NCBI RefSeq assembly: GCF_036321535.1
Contig: NC_087436.1
Location: 79,424,001-79,488,000, forward strand
Direction of reading: 5' to 3'
DNA: 64,000 nucleotides
DNA from: Camelus dromedarius
Taxonomy: Eukaryota
Within the stretch, counting starts at the first letter, position 1. Every line of letters starts with the position of its first letter. Shown here piece after piece: positions 27,471 to 39,137 of this stretch. The notes beneath the pieces are model-generated. The model worked only from the letters and a program-made list of their open reading frames with translations, was not told where the DNA came from and ran no database searches. A program made the translations under genes and the position numbers.

Positions 27471-28177
27471 TTTTTTGGATTGTGATGAGAGTTAAAGTTG
27501 GGGTGCTTCAAGGTCTAGCCTCAGCTATTCAATATATTTGGATTATAATTTGTGATCATTAGGGAGTCACTGCTGGCTTTGAACAGTAGTAGTGTGGCAT
27601 AAAGTAAAATTCTTTGCAGGTGGAGACGGGGTGGAGTAATGGGAGGGGGCTATAGAAAAATGATGTGGTTTCTGGTATTATGCAATTTATAGTGGGAGGA
27701 TGAAGCCAATACACAAATCAAGGCAAGGTATGATGAAGGCTCAAGAGAGGCGTGAAATTAGAGAAAAGAGAGGTCTCACACAGAGACTGGAGACAAAAAC
27801 TGCAAAACCTCTCTGTTTAATGAAATGCTTCAGCAATCTGTTTCACCCCCAGGTTTCTCAGTTCTACTTTCCCTCTTAAGTGACGTCAGTATTGGTCATT
27901 TGGCTCCAACTGTGATATCTTACTTGTCATAGGCATCTATTCATGGCAGTACTGACGTTTGCTCAAGGCTTTTTAGCCTAAACCCTTCTGTTCACGGTTG
28001 TCCACGACTGCTGTCAAAGCAGGGGTATGAAGATGCAAAGAACAGGAGTTTTCAGTTAAGGAGGAGCTAGGGCTACAGAGTCAATTCTTCTTGCTTTGGT
28101 TCCCCGAGACTTACCTGGACTCCCACAGCCTTTGTTATCAGTTAAATATAAAACTCCCCTCTCTGTCCACACTCAAA

Positions 28178-28345
28178 GGGCTTGCTACTCAAGGTGTGGG
28201 CTGTACATCAGCAACTCAGCATCACCTGGGAGCTCGTTAGAAATGCAGAATCCCAGGCCCCACTCCAGCCCTAGGAAGAATTTTCAATCCCAGGAGCCCC
28301 AGGGATTCCTACCCACATTAAAGTTTGAGAAACTCTGGACTAGCT
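28178..28345. mobile_element. MER5A-like DNA transposon
   Basis: CAGCATCACCTGGGAGCT.GTTAGAAATGCAGAATC.CAGGCCCCAC.CCAG ... TTAAAGTTTGAGAA.C.CTG. Confidence 0.8.
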
Positions 28346-28492
28346 GCTAATCAGTCCCTTTTCTTCATTCCCCTATACAACTTTATTTGGCCTCAAATGT
28401 TGACAAGAGGTCAAGCATGGACTTGACAGTGAGTTTTATCAAAGAGTCTAACATTTTAGGACTGGAAGGGATCTTAGAAATTATGTAAGCAT

Positions 28493-28700
28493 AAGGGAAT
28501 CATGTGATTTATCGCTCAAACTAGGACATTTTTGAGAGTGAAAGGAAGCATCATTAAAAGTATATGCCAGAGGTACTTCCTCTAAAAATAAATACATAAA
28601 AAATGAACCTAATTACCTACTTCCCCCCCGAAAATAAAAAAAAAAAAGTATATGCCAGGTCAATAGGTGAAAAACAGAATTGTCCTAACAAACTCACAAC
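28493..28700. mobile_element. MER81-like hAT element split by a 5'-truncated SINE (28571-28643)
   Basis: ATTTATCG.TCAAAC..GGACA.TTTTGAGAGTGAAAGG motif. Perfect 15-bp TSD AAAAGTATATGCCAG at 28556-28570 and 28644-28658. Confidence 0.65.
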
Positions 28701-28796
28701 TGCATATTGACTGAAGTGTAACTATATAATCCCAAATCCCAATAACAACATTTCCATGTAGGTGTTATTTTCTTAGTTCAAAGATACGGTAAGAGC

Positions 28797-29223
28797 TGTG
28801 GGTTGAACTGTAGCCTCCCCAAAGATATGCCCAAATCCTAACCTGTGAATGGGGCCTAATTTGGAAAAAACATTCTTTGTAGATTAAGTATAATTAAGTG
28901 AAGAATCTCAAGTTGAGATGATCCTGAATCGGAGTGGGCCCTAAATCCAGGAGGGTAAGTGTCTTATAAAAGAAGAGAAGGGAAGAAGGCCACGTGAAAA
29001 CTGAGGCCGTGAATGATGCTGCCACAAGCCAAGGATGCTGGAAGCTACCAGAAGCTGGAAGAAGCAAGGACAGATTCACGCCTAGAGTCTTTGGAGGGAG
29101 ATTGGCCCTGCTGATGCCTTGATTTCAGACTTCTGGCCTCTAGAACTGTGAAAGGATGAATTGGTGTGGTGTTAAGTCACTGTGTGTGGTGATTTGTCCT
29201 GGCAGCCCTAGGAAACTAATACA
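28797..29223 (+). mobile_element. MLT1 MaLR LTR
   Basis: Starts TGTGGGTTGAACTGT..CCTCCCCAAAGATATG. Ends GGCAGCCCTAGGAAACTAATACA. Confidence 0.85.
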
Positions 29224-29497
29224 GTAAATGAAGGGAGTCCTGAGTGCAGGAAGAGAGGGAGGATCCTTCCTACTGTTTGAATTGAAAGGGCCTCCAGGTA
29301 CGTGAGGAGAGGGGAGCGGTGCCCTGAATGAAAGGGAGCACTGGGGCTGCCCACCGTTTCTCCTCCTCCCTCTCCTGCAAAGGGGAGCCTGTCTGTGCTC
29401 CCGTGTTTCAGGTGAAAGATGGAGAGCTTTTCTATTTGCACCAAGCTGCCTTCCATCTATGCACGGAGCTTTGTCATTACCAAAGCAATTTCAAACT

Positions 29498-29966
29498 TGT
29501 TGTGGGACATAGCGTGGTGGTCAGAGATGCGGGTTGGTAAAAGAACTTACCAGAGGCCAAGGAAAGTTTAAGAACAAGGAAAAGTTTAATAGTTACACTG
29601 CCATAAACAATGGCAGGCCACACAGAAAAGAGGTGCCTGTGTGAGCCCTGAGGGCAGCTGTTGGAGTCTTTTATAAGGTAGGGTCACAAGGTGCCTGATT
29701 GGCTTGTGCACAAGTCCCTGATTGGTTGTAGGTGAGGTAAGAAGTTTAGGGTCAGTGAAGGGCTGTGGGTTTTATGACTCTGATAAGGTGAGCTGTAACA
29801 AGCCAGGCTGAGCTATTGTGTCTAGACATTATCTAGGGCTATTCGTTTGTCAGAGCAAACACACCCAGTAAAGAATGTACTCCATTTGTTGAGGGATTGC
29901 AGGCAGACATCTGAGAGCCCAGGAATAGGGGTCAGTGGACCTTGAAGGATGTCAGTTGGCCCCACA
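29498..29966 (-). mobile_element. Solo LTR with 5-bp TSD
   Basis: TG...CA termini with AAACT on both sides. On the minus strand: CCAAT x2, TATAAAA (29669-29675) and ATTAAA (29585-29590). Confidence 0.8.
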
Positions 29967-30407
29967 AAACTCATCATCACATCTGACCCTAAAAAGAGTC
30001 CATTTTACTGATGAGAAAACTGAGCAAAGAAGACTAAATGAATTGTTCAAACTTATAATAAGTGTCTGTGTTGGAGTCAGTCAAAGACTTCAAATTCCAT
30101 GTTATTACCATTACACTATTTTGTTGTGGGTCAGTAATTCTTCCATCATCATCATCATCATCTAACCAAAGAAGCAAAACCAGTTCGTGGAATTTGGTCA
30201 TGAGCGAGAGAAATCATTGAAGATTGTGGTCACTTAGCTGCTCCATCTGAATGGGTAGAGAAAGGCCACCTTTAAACGAAGTTGCCTGCACTGGGACTTG
30301 TTGGGTAAACTGTGATATAAACATTCAGCATTCCTTAGTCATCCTCCTTTGAGGAAATAAAAGGAGGGTAGGTTCTGGCTGAATGTGTAGTGTTAAGTGA
30401 GTCAATA

Positions 30408-31045
30408 TGATGCAGGAAAAATGGATGTGGGGCGTGAGGAAGGCCGTGTCCCAGGCTTCGGTTGAGCCCCTGGGACGTGCCCCGCCAAGTGTGGGCCCTT
30501 GGCTTCGCTCAGGAAAGAATTGAAGAGTGAGCCACAGTGAAGTAAAGGTAGATTTATTCAGAGAGATACATTGAAAGGCAAGAGAAAGGCCAAGAGGTGT
30601 AGGGGTTGGGTGCTCAGATTAAAAGTAGGTACACACTCCATAAACGGTGTGCAGTGACATCTCTGAAGAGGGAGAGAGAGAGAAGGTGGGTGGCCAAGAG
30701 GCACTGTGTTGCCAGTTTTTATGGGCTTGGTGGCTTCATATGCTAATAAGTGGAAGGACCAGTCTAACTAGCCTGGGGAAGAGGCTGGGATTCCCAGGAA
30801 GTTGGCCATTTCCCACTCTTTGACCTTTTGTAGCTAGCCTTGGGACTGCCATGGTGCCTGTGGGCATGTTATTTACTATTTTAATATATTACATTGGGCC
30901 TATAATGAAGCTCAACATCTGCTAGAAGTCAAATCTCCCACCATCTCAAGCCTCAGGGCCTACTGGGGGTTGAATCTTCTACCATTTTGATGTTAATTGC
31001 TGTATCATTCCTTGAATGGCTGTGCCCTGCCCCCTTCCTGTCTCA
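30408..31045 (-). mobile_element. Solo ERV1-type LTR with 4-bp TSD
   Basis: TGATGCAGGA ... CCTGTCTCA termini with AATA on both sides. Minus-strand AATAAA at 30553-30558. Confidence 0.8.
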
Positions 31046-31055
31046 AATATAATCC

Positions 31056-31546
31056 TTGATGTTTTGTGCTAAATATGTTTATTTGTAACAAGGGCTTTGG
31101 GAGGATTTTGGCATCTGTGTTTTCATTGTTTTCATAAAATGGCAGACCAGAGGTTTAATTTTGAGAAGCTGAGCACCTGAAACTTCATCCAGAACTTGGT
31201 TTTCAGGACCAAGTAATAGGTTTTGTTTCCCTTCTTAGTGAGGGAGGGGGTTGTGATACCTGCCTGGCAGGCGGTGCAGAGAACAAACATTCTTTGCAGG
31301 GGGTCTTCTCCTCCCTTCCGCTTCCCATTTTTTCCACACCCTGGCCAGGGGCAGCCTACTTTGCAGGATTTGTTACCAATATTCTTTCAGTTCCATTTTC
31401 TTGCCCTTCCAGTTTTGTCAGCTGGAAATAACACCTGAAGCCCTGGGGAATCTGGAAACACTGCGGAGCCTGATTTTCTTATCTACTCCGGTCTCAACAT
31501 CACTTCTGGAATGCTGGAAATAAACATATTTAGCACAAAACATCAA
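31056..31546. repeat. Perfect 29-bp inverted repeat with 433-bp spacer
   Basis: TTGATGTTTTGTGCTAAATATGTTTATTT (31056-31084) is the exact reverse complement of AAATAAACATATTTAGCACAAAACATCAA (31518-31546). Confidence 0.93.
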
Positions 31547-31639
31547 CATTATGCTTCATCTTAAAAACAGATCAGGTTTCTAAGAGGCATGAACTGCAGT
31601 GAAGTCAATACCCGTACAAGATTTTGCTAGCCATGCAGC

Positions 31640-33170
31640 GGTCCAGGGGACTGAACACCCTGGAGGCGCGCGTCCGCTTGGGGAAGCCTTGCGCGGGCCT
31701 GCCGTTTTTCTGTGGCTTCAGTGAGCAGAGTATTGGGTGAATGGGAGGGGGAGCTGCGGTTGGAATCTTGTCCCAGGAAGAGAACGACCCTCAGCGGAAG
31801 AATTTCTGGGCCAGGGACACGGCGGCTGAGTGAGGTAGGCGACTCGCGGAGAGTGAGCTTTCCACTCCGGATAAGCAAGATCTCGCCCGCAGCTCCGTAG
31901 AAGGAGGGGAAGGAGTCTGGGGACGGAGGTGTGGGAGACCTGGAAGCGGCGGACACCGCAGCTCAGCAGAGCCCTGGGCATTTCCCTTTCTTTGAAAGCC
32001 CTTCCGAGAGGTCGTTTTATACCCAAAGGGGACCTTCTCAAACGTCAATAGTTAATTGGGGGGTGGTGGTGAGAAAATGCTAACATTTTGCAGATGAAAA
32101 CTCTTGCTCCCCCAAAAGGACCTCTGCTAAGGGTGTTGGGGGAGGCGGGCGGCGGGGAAGGAGGGAGGCCGCCCTGGAGGCTGCGGCGCCTTCGGTGCAG
32201 ATCCCGCCTAGGAGCTCCCTGTTGGGTGGCGGAGGAGGTGGGGCGAGGGCAGGGCGCAGAAATAGAGCGCGGGGCTTCCGAGCGCGGCCCTCTAGCGGCG
32301 CAGTCCTTGGCCAGGCGCCTGTTTCGCCGGCGGCGGGTGTGCGGCGGTGCGGCGTGCTTCGCCGCAGGGATCCTCGCTCCGGGAGGGCCTCTTTGAGTCA
32401 CCGCCGCGTCGTGGAAACCGCCACCCAGCGGAAATCAGGCAGAGGGTGGGGCGCATTCGCCGCCGCGCTCGTGCTCCCCGCCCACGCCGCGGTGTCCCTA
32501 CGCTCATCCCCAGCCCGCGTCGTCAGGCCGGCGCTGCCAGGTCTGCGCACGCCGCGGCGGCTTCAGCCGGGGCCTGGACCTCCAGCGGAGAAAGAGTTAA
32601 CTATCCGCGACGAGGAGGAGCCCAAAGAGGGAGGAAGGAAGGAAACTGCTGTCCTTCTGAAAGTTTTTTCCTTCTCTTCTTTTCCCTGCAGAGGTGAGTG
32701 TCGGGAGGCGGCGGCTCTCTCTGGGTCCGTGCTCCGCGCCTCTGCTCCCGGAGCTGCCTCCCGACTACCTGGGGACAGGGACAGCCGTCACGGTCGGACA
32801 GCCTCCGCAGACCCCTTCTGGGTGCCCCGAGCCATGGATGGCTCAGAGCTGGCCGGGAAGATCCTTTACACCTGGATGACTCTGGTGCTTGGCTTCATAC
32901 TCCTGCCTTCGGCCTTTGGGGTGTCGCTGGGCATCTCCCAGATCTACATGAAGATCCTAGTGAAAACTTTAGAGGTGAGTGCATGGAGGGATGCGGCGCC
33001 CCCTCCTCGGAGGGTTTTAGGGAGAATCCGGGGTGGGGGAGCCAAGGGTAGCGCTGAGAGCCAAGTAGACGCCAGGAGACCAGTTAGGGAGGTCAGTGGT
33101 CCGGAGGGGTGTGCGTTTTAACCGCCGCTGTATTCCGGCTTCTTCCGCACGCAGAGCTGGAAGGATCCGG
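31640..33170 (+). promoter_or_regulatory. CpG island / promoter and 5' UTR region of GPAT3
   Basis: GC- and CpG-rich stretch with GC boxes surrounding the first coding exon. Confidence 0.88.
32834..32974 (+). CDS. GPAT3: GPAT3 (AGPAT9, glycerol-3-phosphate acyltransferase 3) first coding exon
   Basis: GCCATGG Kozak context. 141 nt encode MDGSELAGKILYTWMTLVLGFILLPSAFGVSLGISQIYMKILVKTLE (N-terminal transmembrane segment of GPAT3). Donor GAG|gtgagt. Confidence 0.96.
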
Positions 33171-34120
33171 ACTGAGACCATTAGGACCACCCTGTTGTTC
33201 CTCTGGTTGAGGGCAGAACTACCCCCATCCCTACTGTCATTCTTACTCTGATTTTTACTGATTAGAGTAACAGTGCTACTGCTTTTTCTATCACCAGCTT
33301 TCTTTAAATCCATTATACAGGACTGCTGTCTCCTCACTCTCCTTAGTTTTTATAGCCCCCGTTTCAGAGGTCCTTTGGTGGACTAAGGCATCTTGTCCAG
33401 AAAGGCATTGTTCCAGTTTATGCTCAAGATAAGAAACCAATTGCTGGGTGGTAGAAAGAAACCTGATTATACTTAAACAGTCATGGGAATTTTATCTAAC
33501 CAATGGCACTTGAAATGTCATTGAAAGTCTATAATCTTTGACCTCTGCTCTCCCTACACTCGTTTTCACATTTTGCAAAGAAAGGTGTAAGATGGAAGTG
33601 GGCCTGGGGGACAACTTCAGTTTACGCTTAATACAGGACTTTATTAAATCCTAGAGGTTTCCCTCTTGACTCTCTCTCTCATCAGATGCTCCCCGAAGCC
33701 TTGGAAGCTAGGGAGAACAAGTGTTATCCCCCTTTACAAGTAAGGAAACAAACTCAGAAGCTCCGTGATTTGCTTGAGTTACGTGGTGGAGACAGGAGCC
33801 TTAACTGGAGAGAGGGCCTCTAGCTGGTGGTTAATAGTAGACTCTGGGTATGGATTTACTTTGATTTGGGACCAAAATCCCAACTCTGCTTCTCAATATA
33901 TGACCTTAGGGAAGTCGCCTACTTCTTGTGTTTCATTTTTCTCATCTATAAAACAGGAGGAACAATAACATTATTTCCAAAGGGCAGTTTAAGTGAATTA
34001 AAATATGTGAAGTATCTTAGAATGGTACCTGTACGTGTTAGGTGCTATGCATGCGTTTGCTGGTATTAAAAGGATAATATTATTACTTGGATTCTGGCCT
34101 TTTTGTTTCTCTAGTTACCA

Positions 34121-34508
34121 TGTTACGGAAATGACAGGCCAGCCAAGAAACAAGCACCACTCGGAGGGTTGGAGTACTCAGATTTATTACGCTGGCGTGC
34201 TCAGAGGGTATTTTGCTCCGAAGCTCTGAGCACCTCCAAGACGTGCACATGAGGTTTTATAGGGTTAATTACAAGTATGGGGCTATTAGCCAATAAGGTT
34301 CAAACAACAGAAAACAAGGAATCAGTACACTGGAGCTTATCAATTTGGAACAGATCACGTTACTGACACTTGTTGAGCTTGGATTTACGAGTTAGCTTGT
34401 TAGCCCAGTAAACTGACACTAAACTTCAGATTTATGAGTTAGCCCAGCAGAACTTAGATCAGTAAATCGACACTTAGCTCGTTAGCCCAGCTGGGCTTTT
34501 CCTTCACA
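34121..34508 (-). mobile_element. Young solo ERV1-type LTR in GPAT3 intron, 4-bp TSD
   Basis: TGTTACGG ... CCTTCACA termini with ACCA on both sides. Minus-strand TATAAAA (34255-34261) and AATAAA (34183-34188). GTTAGCCCAG occurs 3 times in the U3 region. Confidence 0.85.
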
Positions 34509-35036
34509 ACCACAGGACCTTCTAATACGGGTTTTCCTTTCTGTGCCCTTATTCTCGGTCTGCCCCAGGGTTTGGCTTGATTTGCTCTCCTCCCTCAGCT
34601 GGAAGGGTGGCTCCCAGGTATGCATCTCTCATCTGTTTATCTCCTACCTGGAGATTCCCTGCTGACCTCCCACCAGCTAGTCTCCTGCAAACCTCCTCTA
34701 CCAGCTCACTGCCTGTTTCACCCCATATCTTTGCTGTGCTTTCTCTTTGTGTCTGTTTTTCTGTCTAGTCTTTGAAGTTATATTTGATTCTTCGCTCTCA
34801 GCTCTCATTTTAAAAGCCCTGTTGTTTCTGCTTGTGAGATACCTCACAGCTTTACACCTTTCTTATGGACGTAACACTCTGAACTTGGTCACACTGCTTA
34901 GCTGCCTCTTACTGTTTAGATCGTCAGATCGTCTTCAGAACACTCTTCCTGGAGCAGATGATTCTCTTCAGCTGGTGTTCACTCTTTCTCAGAATTCTGG
35001 AATGACTGAACTGTTCTCCCATACAGCAATGTCTTA

Positions 35037-35188
35037 TGTTTTTTGTTGGTTTTTTTTTTTTTTTGGAGGGGGAAGTAATCACGTTTATTTATTTATTTTA
35101 GAGGAGGTACTGGGAATCAAACCCAGGACCTTGTGCATGCTAAGCATGCACTCTACCACTTAAGCTGTACACCGCGCCCCCCCCCCCC
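35037..35188 (-). mobile_element. tRNA-derived SINE (Vic-1-like) with TSD
   Basis: Reverse SINE flanked by the direct repeat CCCATACAGCAATGTCTT. Confidence 0.9.
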
Positions 35189-35870
35189 CCCATACAGCAA
35201 TGTCTTTTGGAATTTGTATCCCAGGTGAGAATAGCTGGAAGTAAATCGCACACTCTGTCCTCCAGGTGCTGAGTCCTGTATCCTTGCTTGAGTAAGTCAG
35301 GGCACACTGGGTACAGCTAAAGAGATGTCAAGGAGAGAGGCCTGATAGTTGCTCTTAGCCTGGCAAATAACTATATATTGAAGGGATAACTCCAGTCCAA
35401 GATTGACCTGATTTTTTGCCCATCTAGGTTGGAAGAGACTTTGAGACATGCCCTCCTTGTTAATCAAACTGTCAAGAATGCCAAGTTTCCTAATTGTAGT
35501 GGGAGATATGCCGCCTAACTTGGAAACCAGGTAGATGGCAGCCTAAGGAACCATCTTCTTTGCTAAGACTAAAGTTACTAGGTCAGAGGAATGCTTGGCA
35601 TATATGGGATTAGAATGGGGATTCACTTTGTGAGCCAGCTCTGACTTGGTGGTAGCTGCCTGCAGCTCCTGTGTTTGGAATCAGCTGGGCTTGTGATCCC
35701 AGGAGCCATATCTGCTTTAGGCGCAAGAAGAGGAGATGGCCACCCAGGGCTTCTCATCCTCCAACTAGAACAGCCTTAGATGTTTCAAAGACACTTCTCT
35801 CTGGCAGGAGTTAGTACAAGGGATTGCTTTTCCAACCATGGGGATAAATCCCATAAAAATTGTGCTGATT

Positions 35871-35959
35871 GGAGTGTGGGTATAGCTAGTGATAGAGTAC
35901 ATGCTTAGCATGCAGGAGGTCCCGGGTTCAAAACCCAGTATCTCCATTTAAAAAAAAAA
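35871..35959 (+). mobile_element. tRNA-derived SINE, short form
   Basis: GGGTATAGCT..TGATAGAGTACATGCTTAGCATGC..GAGGTCCCGGGTTCAA followed by poly-A. Confidence 0.85.
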
Positions 35960-38754
35960 TGTGTTGGTTGTTTAATATTAGAACATCTTTTGATCTGGGC
36001 AAATACCCTGCTTCTTGTAAATTCTATTCAAGGCTCAGCCCTTCTGCTACTCATTTTTCCTTAAGATGTTCTCAGCTGATTTGTTTCTTTTGCATTCCCG
36101 TCCCAAGAATATTCTTTGGATTCTTTGATTGGATTTGGATACTTCTCAGGTTTCCTTGGTTGTAATTTATGTACCATTTTAAAAGGTCACTTAGTTTTGT
36201 ACGTTATGTGTTTATTTTGATAAGTTTTCTTGGCGATTTCGTGACCAATAAACTCAAATTCTGGAAGTTGAAATGTGTGTGGGGTACCTTCTGAATAGCT
36301 GACTGTGGTGATTGCTAATTGTCAAGTAACTCACCCAGCTATGTACTCTTCTTTGGACCCTTACCAGTTCAGGTAATAATTATTTATTGAGCACCTACTG
36401 AATGCTGCCTTCTGCATTGCTGAGTATCTCCAGATGTGTTCATAAGTCCCTGATATGGCAAGCTACTTGAGGACAAGGCTTGAATTCTTAGCTTAGAGTA
36501 AGTGCTGTGATTCTCTAAACCATTAATTTTCAAGGGGTATGTAATGATTTCTAAGGAGTATATATGTCAGTATTACAACTTTATATTAGGGAAAATTTTT
36601 TTAGGAATACAAACTATGAAAAGTAAAACTTTTGGCTGTGGGGATGTTTAGAGGGTAGTCTCTGGATGGTGAGGTGTATATATCTGAATCGCTGGGAGAG
36701 CATTTGTGAATTTTTTATGTTTATCAAATAGAAATGTGGATTAAAGGTTGAAATATGTTCTGCTCAACCGGTGAAAATTAATTGCGAAGTTAATGATGTG
36801 GATGAGGGTGGTGAAGGATTGCAATTCATTGGCCTGAGGCTCATGAGTAGAGGAAAATAAAGAATAGGAAGAGAATGTCAGATTGATGGAGAAGAAGGCG
36901 GGGGAATGGTACGCACATTATCTAGTCCAACCAGGTAACAGAAGCAATAAGTGGGTGATAAATGGTAATGGACTAATTTTCCCTTCAACTTTTAAAGAAT
37001 AAACATAACAACTTCTTCCAGATTTCTGGCTTTATAACCTTGAGCAGGTCACTTAACATTTCCACCTCAGTTTCTCCATGTGGATATAAGAATATGCCTT
37101 GTACAGTTATTGTGGAGATTAAGTGAGAAGAGGGAAATGAAAGCACTTGACACATAGTAGGTGCTTAGATCTTAGTGGAGTTTAAATTGGAATACTCTTT
37201 GGTTGTGTTTTTGGGTTTTTTTTCACTCCTATGTGGCTAAGATTTAACCTACCTTCAGATCTTTGATGGGTTCGCACACGTGCTCAGAGCAGACTACTGC
37301 CTTTTTTCATTACTAGTCTTTCTCTTACCCTGTTCTCCATCCACCATTTAGTCTTCCGTCTTTTTAAAAAGGCATGCTAATAATGCTCAGATGGTGAGCA
37401 CCTCTGTTATTATCATACTCAGGTATTACCCCTGGGGTTGGAAATATAATCAATGTGCTAGAAGGCCATGACTATTTATGACAGAAAGTAATAATAAAGA
37501 AAAGCTACCAGAGCAACATGCTTTTCAGTAAACTGAATTCCGCAGCAACTCTGGGATAGGATCCCTGATGATTCCTGTTGATAGATTGGGGAATGGAGGT
37601 TCAGAGAGGTAATCTGTCTGGGCAGAGACGTACAGCTGTCAGTGGTAGAATCAGGATTTCTATTTGAGACTAGAGCCTGAATTCTTACTCTGCCAAGTTG
37701 ACAGCCTCTGCCGAGAGACAGTTTTTATTTTGCTATAGATGATGGCCAGCTGTTGTTTGAGTAAGCCCGATCTTTTGAATTTTTACATAATTTTAAGCAT
37801 TTTTCTTCCCTTCTTTCCCTCTCTTTGGTCAATTCTTAAATGTCTTTTCAGTGTGAAAACTGAAAGTTGAATTGTCTAGGTGACAGTGTCATGTTTTTGC
37901 AAGCTTTTGGCCTAAGCTTTAAAAATTAGACTTAACCTTTTCTTTTTGGTGAATTGTGGAGCTACTTCCTTCCTTCCAGGAGGATTTTGAAATTCAGTGG
38001 AGTGACAGCCTGATTGAGAGTGACATGCCACTCTCTTTGGTCGGGGAGCAAGATGGGGAGTAGGAGCTGGGATTGTTGGAAGCCGTTGTCCCACTTCAGG
38101 GTCAGCCTGCAGACGGAGCTGCATCTTTAGTGGTACCTTGAGGTAGATGTGTACCTCTAAAGAGATATTCTTTCTCTGTGTTTAGGCTTAACCTGACCAT
38201 CTAGAGAAGCTGGCTTGGTGAAAGAGAAATAGCAATTTATTGGGAGATGTGCTGATGGTCTGAAAAAACTGACCATTTTGGTACCTACCTAGTGGGGTGT
38301 GAGGAGGGAAGAGAAAGCCGTTTTTCTACTTTGTGGCTGATTGTGGTGATCACTGGATAAATTATCTCCTTTAATCTTTGCAGCAGCCCTTGGTGTTGTT
38401 TAGAGATGATGAAACTGAGGTCCCAGGAGGTTCAAATTTTGGCTGAGATGATTAAAGCAAGGAAGTGGCAGCAGTGTACATCTGTCTGTCTGGCTGCAGA
38501 GGGCGGGCGCTGGGTCACTTTTGCTGGAGAGTCAGCCTAAGGAAGGAAATGGTTTTCCAGTACAAATTCCCCGGTACATTAAATGACTTCTCCAGCCTTC
38601 AGACTTGCTCATCTTAAGCACTGTTAACTGCGTTTTGGAGGACAGACTTCGGAGTCAGCATTTCAGGAGAGGGTCTGTGTGCTGAAACTGGTCTGATGAT
38701 GGAGCAGGGAGCTCTTTGGAGCATGTGATGCTGTTGGAGGAATGCCCTCGCCTT

Positions 38755-39137
38755 CATTTGCTGGGGCTGCCGTAACAAAGGCCCGTAGACTGGGTGGCTT
38801 AAACCACAGACATTTATTGTCTCACAGTCCTGGAGGCCAGAAGTCCCAAGATCAAGGTGTCAGCAGGTTTGGTTTCTTCTGACGCCTGTCTCCCTGGCTT
38901 GTAGATGGTGCCTTCTAGCTGTGACCTCACATGGCCTTTTCTTTGTGTACATGCCCCTGGTTCTCTTCCTCTTCGTATAAAGACACCAGTCATACTGGAT
39001 TAGGGTCTCACCCTAGGGGCCTCATTTTAACTTACCTCTTTAAAGGTTCAGTTTCCAAAATTCAGTCATATGCTGAGGTTTTGGGGTTAGGACTTCAGCA
39101 TATGAATCTGGGGGAGAGACACACATTCAGCCCATAA
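38755..39137 (-). mobile_element. MLT1/MST-like MaLR LTR
   Basis: GGGCTGCCGTAACAAAG..CC.TAGACTGGGTGGCTTAAAC ... CACATTCAGCCCATAA. Confidence 0.85.

Noticed and set aside
32195..33121. 308-aa ORF containing the first GPAT3 coding exon (apparent N-terminal extension)
   Set aside because: It has a GTG start and low-complexity R/G/A/P content typical of GC-rich DNA. The ATG at 32834 has a strong Kozak context and matches the known N-terminus.
34350..34495. Repeat-spacer-like pattern suggestive of an array
   Set aside because: These are irregular short repeats inside an LTR U3 region in mammalian DNA, not CRISPR-like.
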